This document shows positions 9,702 through 18,266 of a stretch of DNA of 64,000 bases, piece after piece. The stretch's first letter is position 1. Each line of letters opens with the position of its first letter. The stretch lies in contig OY969585.1 in NCBI GenBank assembly GCA_963701295.1, forward strand, positions 2,464,001-2,528,000. The letters run 5' to 3'. A program made the position numbers and the translations under genes. Below the pieces are notes generated by a model. That model did no database searches. It was not told where the DNA came from and worked only from the letters and a program-made list of their open reading frames with translations. Origin of the DNA: Ignavibacteriota bacterium (GTDB taxonomy: Bacteria > Bacteroidota > Ignavibacteria > UBA10030).

Positions 9702-9897
9702 CCCTAACCAGGCGCTCAAGCTGACGGAATGAGCGTACTGCAATTTGCATGGCTGATGGTGGGTTTAGGTTTTTATTATTACCTTTTCAGTACCTCGTTG
9801 GTTAGGGATTAATTAATTTGGTTATCAGTGTAAACTTGTTTCGTTTTGTGTATTTTGATAATTATCAGCGCCGCAGCTTAGCGCCAGTCCGTTAGGG
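9702..9897 (+). repeat. attC 9 (196 bp)
   Basis: CCCTAAC..GTTAGGG. Confidence 0.92.
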
Positions 9898-9932
9898 CGC
9901 AAGCGTCAAAAACTTAAACGGACAAACATATC

Positions 9933-10331
9933 ATGAAGAAAGAACATACAATCGTCAGAAAGCTTCTTGCAACTCAAAAATGGTCAGAGGAAACCGCACG
10001 TCTAGCCTATCGTGCTCGCTACAAATGCGAGTATTGCGGCTTGGATCTACTTTCTTCTCCAGATATATACAGATTATGGCAAGTAGATCATATCGTTCCA
10101 AAATCTAAAGGCGGTTCAGACGCCATTTCAAATAAAGCCACTGCTTGCATGCCGTGCAACATTTACTTCAAGCGTAAGTGGAATCCAAGAAATAATGTCG
10201 GCCCCAAAGCCACGCGCAAACAATTGATTTTAGCAGTTCAACAATATGTTCGAGAAAAGAAAGCGGAAACAGAGAAAGAACTAATTGAAGTCCATCAAAT
10301 TGTCGGATACAATAAAAAGCTTGCGCCCTAA
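9933..10331 (+). CDS. Cassette 10: HNH endonuclease
   Basis: CEYCG...DHIVPKSKGG..N...ACMPCN. Confidence 0.9.
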   Translation: MKKEHTIVRKLLATQKWSEETARLAYRARYKCEYCGLDLLSSPDIYRLWQVDHIVPKSKGGSDAISNKATACMPCNIYFKRKWNPRNNVGPKATRKQLILAVQQYVREKKAETEKELIEVHQIVGYNKKLAP

Positions 10332-10339
10332 CCAGTTTA

Positions 10340-10655
10340 AAAAGGAAAGAGTCAAGTAAATAATATACTCCCGATGCGTTCCGCGCAATCGGAATGCAGA
10401 GTTCTTTAACATTAAGGACGACCGAATCCGTGCCGATGCCGCGTTCTCTATCGAATAGACAGGCGATTACCAGAGCAATGCCGTCCAAACCAGTTTACGG
10501 ATTTACATTCACTCATTGAAGAAACGATGGTGAAAGCGTATCTCGTCGAGCGAGATGTTCCAGATATTACCACGGCACAGCGCACTCTCTTCCCAATCCA
10601 GCGAACGATCCCGACGCAGTCGGGATCAGTTAGGAAAGCGGGCTTGAGAGGCGCG
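10340..10655 (-). ncRNA. Predicted bridge/seek RNA, copy 1 (ends approximate)
   Basis: Guide-like matches to the attC target (CCUAAC, CGCUGG) and to the circle junction (UGGUAAUAUC, UAAACUGG), each pair flanking a hairpin and closed by a stem. Confidence 0.75.
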
Positions 10656-11631
10656 GCCACTGCTGAGATTTATGCCGGCTGATCGGCTGACCTTTGAGAC
10701 CTTTATATATTGTTTTGTTTTTTAAGACATAGTAAACAATCTTCGCAAGTTCTTTGGCAACGACGGTTCGCGCAGTCGCCTCATTGGAGCGACGAGCTAA
10801 TTTCTGGAATAAGCGTTTGTATTCCGGATAGTACTGAATAGCATGAACAGCGGCATCGGAGAAGGCGATTTTGAGATACTTATTGCCGTCTTTGCTGGAG
10901 CGATGGTGCACAGAGCGATTGGAGTTATCGGCAGCAGGGACGAGTCGGCAGTAAGAGACAAACTTTTTATCGGAGTCGAATCGTTCAATGCCGTCGATTT
11001 CAAGATACACCGTGAATGCGGTGAGCTTGCCGATACCTGGAATGTGCAAGAGCCGTTGAATATCGTCGTTGGGAATCAGCACAGGATGGAGAGATTTTTC
11101 CAGCGAGAGGATCTGAGCAGTAAAAGTGTCTCTGGTATGTTGCAAGACAGCAAGTTGAAAACGATACGGATCCGGAACAGAGCCGTTAAATTTGGTCTGA
11201 ATACTGTAGAGACGCAGAAGACTGGCAGTTCGTTGCTGAACGAGCCGTAGACGAATACGCATGGTATCGCGCAGGCCGCGTAGTTCTCGGCTGATTTTGT
11301 GAGCCCGTGGAATGAGTCCCTGTCGTAAGAGAAGAGCAAGAGTTTGCGAATCGACTTTATCTGTTTTAACTTTAGCATAACTGATGGCTTTGAGATATTT
11401 GGCGTGAGCAAGGACAAGCTCGATGCCGTGATCGCTGAGAAGATCGTTGAGCCAGTACCATCCTGTGGTAGACTCAACGACTGCGTGATGAGGACCGGGC
11501 AGAGAGTGGAAGTAATCAAGAACACGTTCATTGTTATTCTCGACACGTTGTCGCTTGATGACAGCACCAGTGTCATCAACAGTGGTGATAAAACAATTAT
11601 CAGAATGCAAATCGATACCTGAGTAATACAT
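10630..11631 (-). CDS. IS110-family transposase/recombinase (333 aa)
   Basis: GIDLH, VVES, KTDKVDS, IPGIG..TA, F.S.KKFVSYC.L.P motifs; RBS AAGGAG before ATG 11631. Confidence 0.95.
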   Translation of the reverse strand: MYYSGIDLHSDNCFITTVDDTGAVIKRQRVENNNERVLDYFHSLPGPHHAVVESTTGWYWLNDLLSDHGIELVLAHAKYLKAISYAKVKTDKVDSQTLALLLRQGLIPRAHKISRELRGLRDTMRIRLRLVQQRTASLLRLYSIQTKFNGSVPDPYRFQLAVLQHTRDTFTAQILSLEKSLHPVLIPNDDIQRLLHIPGIGKLTAFTVYLEIDGIERFDSDKKFVSYCRLVPAADNSNRSVHHRSSKDGNKYLKIAFSDAAVHAIQYYPEYKRLFQKLARRSNEATARTVVAKELAKIVYYVLKNKTIYKGLKGQPISRHKSQQWPRLSSPLS

Positions 11632-11888
11632 GGGAATCTCCTTAGATTGTGGATGTTGGTGACCTAGAGAATTATCAATGTACATAATCGGGAGATTCCT
11701 TTTTGGTAATATCCAGCGGCTCAAGCTGACCGGATGAGCGTTGGTGCGTTAAGCATGGCGAGCATAGGTTTCGGTTCTTAATAATAAACTTTTCAGCGTG
11801 AACTTGTTTCGTTTGGTACATTTTGAAAGTATTCAGCGCGGCAGCTTAGCCGCCATCCGTTAGCTGCCACCACAAATAAGAGGATATT

Positions 11889-12323
11889 ATGAGAAATAAA
11901 GTTCTTCTATTTATTATTATCTATTTCATTGGATGTTCGAGTACCAAGCACACTACGATAAATAATCCAAATTTTTCTCCTGATAATATTATTTTCTTCG
12001 GTGACACGCTTGGATATAATATCATACATTTTGACACCATTTATTCTGAAACTGCTCCTTCTATATTAAATCGAATAAATCCAATTTATCCTAATAAATT
12101 AGAGCAAGATGGAATTGAGGGAGATGTCTTTGTTAGAATGTTGATTTCTGATGTTGGAGTAGTTAAAGCAATTGAGGTTTCAAAAGATAGTGACCAGCCA
12201 TTCATTCAGGCTGCTGTAGACGCCTTTATGAAGTGGACATTTAAACCAGCTATGCAAAACGATAAGCCAATATGGGTGTGGGTATCATTACCGCAACATT
12301 TTAGGCTTCATAATAGTAATTAG
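11889..12323 (+). CDS. Cassette 11: lipoprotein with TonB C-terminal domain
   Basis: PIYP...GIEGDV.V...KWTFKPA. Confidence 0.85.
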   Translation: MRNKVLLFIIIYFIGCSSTKHTTINNPNFSPDNIIFFGDTLGYNIIHFDTIYSETAPSILNRINPIYPNKLEQDGIEGDVFVRMLISDVGVVKAIEVSKDSDQPFIQAAVDAFMKWTFKPAMQNDKPIWVWVSLPQHFRLHNSN

Positions 12324-12328
12324 GTGGC

Positions 12329-12482
12329 AGCTAACCAGCAGCTCAAGCTGACTGAATGAGCTCGCTGCAAACTTCATGGCGAGCATAGGTCGGTACAGGA
12401 TTGAAAGAACCAGTATGAACTTGTTTCGTTTAGTGCATGTTGAAAGTTTTCAGCGCAGCAGCTTAGCTGCCATCCGTTAGGC
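12329..12482 (+). repeat. attC 11 (154 bp)
   Basis: AGCTAAC..GTTAGGC. Confidence 0.92.
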
Positions 12483-12506
12483 GGCAGTCAATAAAGGAGA
12501 TATAAT

Positions 12507-12914
12507 ATGAAACTAGTACCTTGGACAGAACGATTTTCCGTCGGTGTAAAGGAAATCGATCTTCAACATCGCAGCTTGCTTGACATTATAAATCAACTCA
12601 TCGTCTCTATTGAGAAGGAGAATGACTGGAAAACGACATCTGTCATTCTTGACTCCCTTATCAATTACGCCTACAACCATTTCGCAACTGAAGAACGATA
12701 TATGAAGGAAGCTGAATATCCTGAATTATTATGGCATGTTGGGTTGCATCTTGAGTTCATAAAAAAGGTATTTGAGCTTTCTCAGGAAGTCTCGTTGAAA
12801 GGAATAGAAATACAACGAGAGATGCTTACATTTTTAACGGAATGGTATACTAATCATGTTCTTGGAGTTGACAGAAAATATATGTCTAGCCTTTCTGCGA
12901 AAGGAATAAAATAA
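12507..12914 (+). CDS. Cassette 12: bacteriohemerythrin
   Basis: IDLQH, HFATEE, H...H, H....D ligands. Confidence 0.92.
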   Translation: MKLVPWTERFSVGVKEIDLQHRSLLDIINQLIVSIEKENDWKTTSVILDSLINYAYNHFATEERYMKEAEYPELLWHVGLHLEFIKKVFELSQEVSLKGIEIQREMLTFLTEWYTNHVLGVDRKYMSSLSAKGIK

Positions 12915-12927
12915 ATTTACAACTGCC

Positions 12928-13082
12928 GCCTAACCAGCGGCTCAAGCTGACCGAATGAGCGTTGGTACGTTAAGCATGGCGTACAGAGGTCAGTACAAAA
13001 TTGAAATAACCAGCGTGAACTCATTTCGTTGGGTACATATTGAAAGTTGGTCACGCGGCAGCTTAGCCGCAGTCCGTTAGGC
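12928..13082 (+). repeat. attC 12 (155 bp)
   Basis: GCCTAAC..GTTAGGC. Confidence 0.92.
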
Positions 13083-13131
13083 GCCCAAAAAGAGATACAC
13101 CTAAAAACATAATTATAATTTGAGGAGATAT

Positions 13132-14067
13132 ATGAAATTATTTAATGCTTTAATTCTTTCCGCGATTGCCTTTTTAGGCACGAGTTGCACTCCACCAACT
13201 ACGACAGTGCGTACGGACGCGCTTGTTATGAATATTCGTTCTTTTGATTGTTCATTAAACGATCAATTTTTGACTTTTGAAAATGATACAGTCAGAATCG
13301 TTTACGTGCTTTGGGCAGAACGTGGAAAGTTGAATATCTATATTCATAATAAATTATCAAAGCCTCTATACATTGATTGGAAGAAATGTTCATATATAAC
13401 TGGAAGCACCAAGCATGATTATTGGCAAGAGACAACTACTTTTGTTACAAATAATTCATCATCTTCTTTTGTTAGTGGATATTCTATTACAGATTTCCTT
13501 TTTAAACAATATCATTCTAAATTAAAAGGTTCTTCCAATGCCTTATCATATAGTTCTACGAGTACTTCTGGTACCTCAATAACGCGCATAGAAAAGCCTG
13601 AACGCATAACATTTATACCACCAGGTACAACTATTGCAGTTGGTCTTTTTACATTGTACGAAAATGATAATATCAACATTCCGACGAATCAATATATTTC
13701 AAATGACACAACCGTAATAGTGAAGAGTCAAGTCGTTAAAGTCACACGGACATATAAGCTTAGACCAGATCGTACTTATCAAGATGATTCACTTGTAAAT
13801 GGACCAGTAAAAGTGAGATTATCCTATATTAATTATGATTTAGAAAATTCACCATTCTCTTTCCGGTCATTTATTACTTATTCAACAGATGAAAAATTTC
13901 TAGCAGAAGCATATGCAAATAATTCTTTCTATTTAGCTCGTATCACACAAATGCCTATTTCTACATTTGAGTTAAAAGCATCTGCAGATTCAACAAGCCA
14001 GGATGATAGAAGTATGTGGGCAGACTCCAGGTCTTTCTATGTATTTAGAAATATTGAAATTAAGTAG
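13132..14067 (+). CDS. Cassette 13: hypothetical lipoprotein
   Basis: RBS GAGGAG, lipobox-like GTSC. Confidence 0.8.
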   Translation: MKLFNALILSAIAFLGTSCTPPTTTVRTDALVMNIRSFDCSLNDQFLTFENDTVRIVYVLWAERGKLNIYIHNKLSKPLYIDWKKCSYITGSTKHDYWQETTTFVTNNSSSSFVSGYSITDFLFKQYHSKLKGSSNALSYSSTSTSGTSITRIEKPERITFIPPGTTIAVGLFTLYENDNINIPTNQYISNDTTVIVKSQVVKVTRTYKLRPDRTYQDDSLVNGPVKVRLSYINYDLENSPFSFRSFITYSTDEKFLAEAYANNSFYLARITQMPISTFELKASADSTSQDDRSMWADSRSFYVFRNIEIK

Positions 14068-14082
14068 TAATATATTTTGGGC

Positions 14083-14240
14083 GCCTAACCAGCAACTCAA
14101 GCTGACAGAATGAGCGTGTTGCGTTAAGCATGGCTAATAGAGGTTCAGATGTTTAATAATAAACTTATCAGCGTGAACTTGTTTCGTTTTCAGCAACTTG
14201 CGGGTTATCAGTGCCGCAGCTTAGTTGCCATCCGTTAGGC
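14083..14240 (+). repeat. attC 13 (158 bp)
   Basis: GCCTAAC..GTTAGGC. Confidence 0.92.
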
Positions 14241-14547
14241 TGCACAGGCAGCGCGCTTTGTGTGAGTTGTGTTTTAAAGTATTGTGGTTACCTATTTGGG
14301 TTTTATATTTCTTTCTACTGGCAAAAGTTTCTAAGGGCGAAGTGCAGACTAAAATGTTGGTTGCTTTCTATACGGTTACGTTGTCAACAAGTTTTGATTT
14401 GAACGAGAATAAAAAAGCAGTGCAAGTTAAGTTCCAAAAAGCATCTCGGTGATGCGCTGCCTGTGCTCAGAAAAATTCGAGTTATGAAAGAGTCGGAATA
14501 TTTTGTCTATGAAGAAAGTTTGTACAACAAAGTAACAATAGCCTAAC
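14235..14547 (+). other. Cassette 14: gene-less cassette with 13-bp internal inverted repeat
   Basis: GCACAGGCAGCGC (14242-14254) / GCGCTGCCTGTGC (14454-14466); no credible ORF. Confidence 0.8.
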
Positions 14548-14700
14548 CAGGCACTCAAGCTGACGGTTGCCAGCTGGGTGCAATTAACATGGCTAAGCAT
14601 AGGGTCTGGTGCAAATGATAAAACTTTCGTTGTGGGACTTGTTTCGTTGGTTGCATGACGAAAGTTATCAACGCCGCAGCTTAGTGCCCGTCCGTTATGT
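14541..14700 (+). repeat. attC 14 (160 bp)
   Basis: GCCTAAC..GTTATGT. Confidence 0.9.
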
Positions 14701-14983
14701 TGCACAGGCAGCGCACACAGTATGTGTTACTTGCGGGGTTGGGTAATCGCGTTCTAACGGCTTTAAGTTTTAGTTACATTGTACAGATTTAGATTTTGGT
14801 TGCTTTCTATAAGTTACGTTGTCAACAAGTTTTGTTTTGTACGAGAATAAAAGCAGTGCAAGTTAAGTTCCTCAAAAGAATCTCGGCGATGCGCTGCCTG
14901 TGCTCAGAATAATTAAAGTTTTTTTGGTGTTAGCAAGTATTGTTTTGTTGAAAGTTTGTACAACAAAGAAACTATAACATAAC
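14695..14983 (+). other. Cassette 15: gene-less cassette, homolog of cassette 14
   Basis: Same IR at 14702-14714 / 14891-14903; shared ~100 bp core. Confidence 0.8.
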
Positions 14984-15136
14984 CAGCAACTCAAGCTGAC
15001 GGTTGGAACGTGGGATTTAAATTCATGGCGCTAAACACACGTTATTATTATGGCGCGAATATAGACGTGTGGCTTGGTTCGTTGATTGCATGACTCGTAA
15101 TTATCAACGCCGCAGCTTAGCGCCGGTCCGTTAGGC
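14977..15136 (+). repeat. attC 15 (160 bp, chimeric 3' end)
   Basis: ACATAAC..GTTAGGC. Confidence 0.9.
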
Positions 15137-15166
15137 GGCAGCAAAAGCAAAAGAGGAGGAATACAA

Positions 15167-15688
15167 ATGGAATCTATTTGGGTATTAATTCTATTACAAG
15201 CAATCATTTTCGGATTCTTCTGCTCCTTTATTGCAAAAGAAAAGAAGCGCGATTCTGGCAGTTGGTTCATGCTTGGCTTTTTCTTTAGCTTTCTTGCCGT
15301 TCTCGCTTTAGTTGCAATTCCGAAACAAGAACAAAAAACTCCTGTGAATGCAACAAGTGCAGTTAATGCGAAGTCTTCCAAGACGATATGTCCATTTTGC
15401 AAAGAAGAGATTCAACCAGACGCAATTCTTTGCAAACATTGTCGGAGTGATCTAACCCAAACGAAACCAATTTCTATCGTTCCTCAATCCGTGGCGAAAG
15501 AATTTTCATCCGGTAAGTCGAAAAAGGTTATTTGTCCAAAGTGCAATTTCACAGAGGAAGTTACATATCAAAAAGTATTGTCTAACGGTGCTTTCCAAAA
15601 GTTTGAGGCACATCTGGATTCTGGCTGGGAACCGCATCTCATTTGTCCAGAGTGTCGAAAGAAGTTTGCATTCAACGCAAATAGATAA
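15167..15688 (+). CDS. Cassette 16: two-TM protein with zinc ribbons
   Basis: CPFC..I..DA..CKHC, CPKC...CPEC. Confidence 0.85.
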   Translation: MESIWVLILLQAIIFGFFCSFIAKEKKRDSGSWFMLGFFFSFLAVLALVAIPKQEQKTPVNATSAVNAKSSKTICPFCKEEIQPDAILCKHCRSDLTQTKPISIVPQSVAKEFSSGKSKKVICPKCNFTEEVTYQKVLSNGAFQKFEAHLDSGWEPHLICPECRKKFAFNANR

Positions 15689-15716
15689 AATAAATAGCTG
15701 CCACCTAACCAGTTTA

Positions 15717-16032
15717 AAAAGGAAAGAGTCAAGTAAATAATATACTCCCGATGCGTTCCGCGCAATCGGAATGCAGAGTTCTTTAACATTAAGGACGACC
15801 GAATCCGTGCCGATGCCGCGTTCTCTATCGAATAGACAGGCGATTACCAGAGCAATGCCGTCCAAACCAGTTTACGGATTTACATTCACTCATTGAAGAA
15901 ACGATGGTGAAAGCGTATCTCGTCGAGCGAGATGTTCCAGATATTACCACGGCACAGCGCACTCTCTTCCCAATCCAGCGAACGATCCCGACGCAGTCGG
16001 GATCAGTTAGGAAAGCGGGCTTGAGAGGCGCG
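15717..16032 (-). ncRNA. Predicted bridge/seek RNA, copy 2 (ends approximate)
   Basis: Same sequence as 10340-10655. Confidence 0.75.
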
Positions 16033-17008
16033 GCCACTGCTGAGATTTATGCCGGCTGATCGGCTGACCTTTGAGACCTTTATATATTGTTTTGTTTTTT
16101 AAGACATAGTAAACAATCTTCGCAAGTTCTTTGGCAACGACGGTTCGCGCAGTCGCCTCATTGGAGCGACGAGCTAATTTCTGGAATAAGCGTTTGTATT
16201 CCGGATAGTACTGAATAGCATGAACAGCGGCATCGGAGAAGGCGATTTTGAGATACTTATTGCCGTCTTTGCTGGAGCGATGGTGCACAGAGCGATTGGA
16301 GTTATCGGCAGCAGGGACGAGTCGGCAGTAAGAGACAAACTTTTTATCGGAGTCGAATCGTTCAATGCCGTCGATTTCAAGATACACCGTGAATGCGGTG
16401 AGCTTGCCGATACCTGGAATGTGCAAGAGCCGTTGAATATCGTCGTTGGGAATCAGCACAGGATGGAGAGATTTTTCCAGCGAGAGGATCTGAGCAGTAA
16501 AAGTGTCTCTGGTATGTTGCAAGACAGCAAGTTGAAAACGATACGGATCCGGAACAGAGCCGTTAAATTTGGTCTGAATACTGTAGAGACGCAGAAGACT
16601 GGCAGTTCGTTGCTGAACGAGCCGTAGACGAATACGCATGGTATCGCGCAGGCCGCGTAGTTCTCGGCTGATTTTGTGAGCCCGTGGAATGAGTCCCTGT
16701 CGTAAGAGAAGAGCAAGAGTTTGCGAATCGACTTTATCTGTTTTAACTTTAGCATAACTGATGGCTTTGAGATATTTGGCGTGAGCAAGGACAAGCTCGA
16801 TGCCGTGATCGCTGAGAAGATCGTTGAGCCAGTACCATCCTGTGGTAGACTCAACGACTGCGTGATGAGGACCGGGCAGAGAGTGGAAGTAATCAAGAAC
16901 ACGTTCATTGTTATTCTCGACACGTTGTCGCTTGATGACAGCACCAGTGTCATCAACAGTGGTGATAAAACAATTATCAGAATGCAAATCGATACCTGAG
17001 TAATACAT
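16007..17008 (-). CDS. IS110-family transposase/recombinase
   Basis: Same protein as copy 1. Confidence 0.95.
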   Translation of the reverse strand: MYYSGIDLHSDNCFITTVDDTGAVIKRQRVENNNERVLDYFHSLPGPHHAVVESTTGWYWLNDLLSDHGIELVLAHAKYLKAISYAKVKTDKVDSQTLALLLRQGLIPRAHKISRELRGLRDTMRIRLRLVQQRTASLLRLYSIQTKFNGSVPDPYRFQLAVLQHTRDTFTAQILSLEKSLHPVLIPNDDIQRLLHIPGIGKLTAFTVYLEIDGIERFDSDKKFVSYCRLVPAADNSNRSVHHRSSKDGNKYLKIAFSDAAVHAIQYYPEYKRLFQKLARRSNEATARTVVAKELAKIVYYVLKNKTIYKGLKGQPISRHKSQQWPRLSSPLS

Positions 17009-17267
17009 GGGAATCTCCTTAGATTGTGGATGTTGGTGACCTAGAGAATTATCAATGTACATAATCGGGAGATTCCTTTTTGGTAATATCCAGCAACTCA
17101 AGCTGACCAAATGAGCGTGTTACGTTAAGCATGGCGTGTAGAGGTTTGGATGTTTAATAATAAACTTTTCAGCATGAACTTGTTTCGTTTTCAGCAACTT
17201 GTGGCTTTTCGTTGCCGCAGCTTAGTTGCCATCCGTTAGGCGGCAATAATAATGAAAGGATTCTATA

Positions 17268-17744
17268 ATGAGTGAAGACGTAAATATTCCTACACCTGAG
17301 ATAAATAAATTAGCATCTTTGAGTGACAGATTTTTTGCGTCATTAGTAGATGCATTTATTATGGGCTTAATCATTTTTGTACCACTTTTAATAATTTATG
17401 GATTAGATGGTATGCTTGAGTTGCAGGTTCAATATGGCTTTTTATATATCGCTATTGTGTTTGCGATTGGTCAAGTCATATTTCTTCTAGTCCAAGGTCG
17501 ATTGCTTTTTAAGTACGGACAGACAATTGGAAAAAGGTACTTGGAAATTAAAATAACCGATCTGAATGGTAATCTGCCACCGTTTAGCACAATATATGGG
17601 CTTCGGTATTTATCTATGTCAATAATTCCTATAATACCATTTATTGGGGGTCTTCTAGGTCTAGTAGACATATTGTGTATTTTTAGAAAAGACAGAAGAT
17701 GTATTCATGATTTAATTGCTGGAACAAAAGTTATTGCCGCCTAA
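17268..17744 (+). CDS. Cassette 17: RDD family membrane protein
   Basis: RFFASLVD, GQTIGK, IHDLIAGT.V. Confidence 0.92.
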   Translation: MSEDVNIPTPEINKLASLSDRFFASLVDAFIMGLIIFVPLLIIYGLDGMLELQVQYGFLYIAIVFAIGQVIFLLVQGRLLFKYGQTIGKRYLEIKITDLNGNLPPFSTIYGLRYLSMSIIPIIPFIGGLLGLVDILCIFRKDRRCIHDLIAGTKVIAA

Positions 17745-17896
17745 CCAGCGGCTCAAGCTGACCGGATGAGCGTGGTACGTTAAGCATGGCTTGTAGAGGT
17801 TTTGGTTTTTAATAATAAACTTTTCAGCATGAACTTGTTTCGTTTAGTTTATTTTGAAAATTATCAGTGCGGCAGCTTAGCCGCTATCCGTTAGGC
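17739..17896 (+). repeat. attC 17 (158 bp)
   Basis: GCCTAAC..GTTAGGC. Confidence 0.92.
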
Positions 17897-18088
17897 GGCG
17901 CGGTCGGTGCGCGCAGTAAAATGTTTATTAAGATGGTTTCGTTTTAAATTATTTCTTCGTGGTGTTTAATAAATAAGTACAGTAAAGTTTTGTTTGCACC
18001 GCCCGCGCTCGTTTGTTGGATGGTAAAAATAAAACGGAATAATTGTTTAGTTAAAATTGTTCATCGCAAAATTAAAGTATCGCCTAAC
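17891..18088 (+). other. Cassette 18: short gene-less hairpin cassette
   Basis: GCGCGGTCGGTGC (17898-17910) / GCACCGCCCGCGC (17996-18008), inner TTTATTAA/TTAATAAA. Confidence 0.8.
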
Positions 18089-18239
18089 CAGCAACTCAAG
18101 CTGACGGATTGAGCGTGGGAGCAATCAACATGGCTAATAGAGGTTTGGTGCTTAATAATTCGGTTAGTAGCGTGAACCAGTTTCGTTTTGTGAATTACCA
18201 AAGTCATCAACGCCGCAGCTTAGTTGCGGTCCGTTAGGG
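18082..18239 (+). repeat. attC 18 (158 bp)
   Basis: GCCTAAC..GTTAGGG. Confidence 0.92.
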
Positions 18240-18266
18240 CGCAGTTAAAATAAAGAGTACCATAAA

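Larger units (their letters stand above)
10336..11716 (-). mobile_element. IS110/IS1111-family element, copy 1 (1381 bp including one CCAG core)
   Basis: CCAG at both junctions, sub-terminal IR AAAAAGGAA/TTCCTTTTT, DEDD transposase, ~300 bp non-coding end downstream of the transposase. Confidence 0.93.
10326..11865 (+). repeat. attC 10, interrupted by IS110-family element
   Basis: CCCTAACCAG at 10326-10335; remainder CGGCTCAAGCTGAC..GTTAGCT resumes at 11717. Confidence 0.9.
15713..17093 (-). mobile_element. IS110/IS1111-family element, copy 2 (1381 bp)
   Basis: Appears identical to copy 1 (offset 5377), same insertion point and orientation. Confidence 0.93.
15703..17241 (+). repeat. attC 16, interrupted by IS110-family element
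   Basis: ACCTAACCAG then IS; CAACTCAAGCTGAC resumes at 17094. Confidence 0.9.

Noticed and set aside
10336-10356. Circle-junction promoter (TTGACT in the IS end)
   Set aside because: Good -35 but the junction -10 (GATATT at 17 bp) is weak; plausible for IS1111 but not supportable here
10168-11622. Alternative-frame ORFs within the IS copies
   Set aside because: Shadows of the transposase and the non-coding RNA region; repeated only because the IS is duplicated
14211-14705. Short ORFs over the gene-less cassettes and attCs (also 3160-3342, 21348-21533, 21788-21970, 30564-30851, 31342-31642)
   Set aside because: They start inside attC sites, lack RBSs and are not conserved in frame between homologous cassettes
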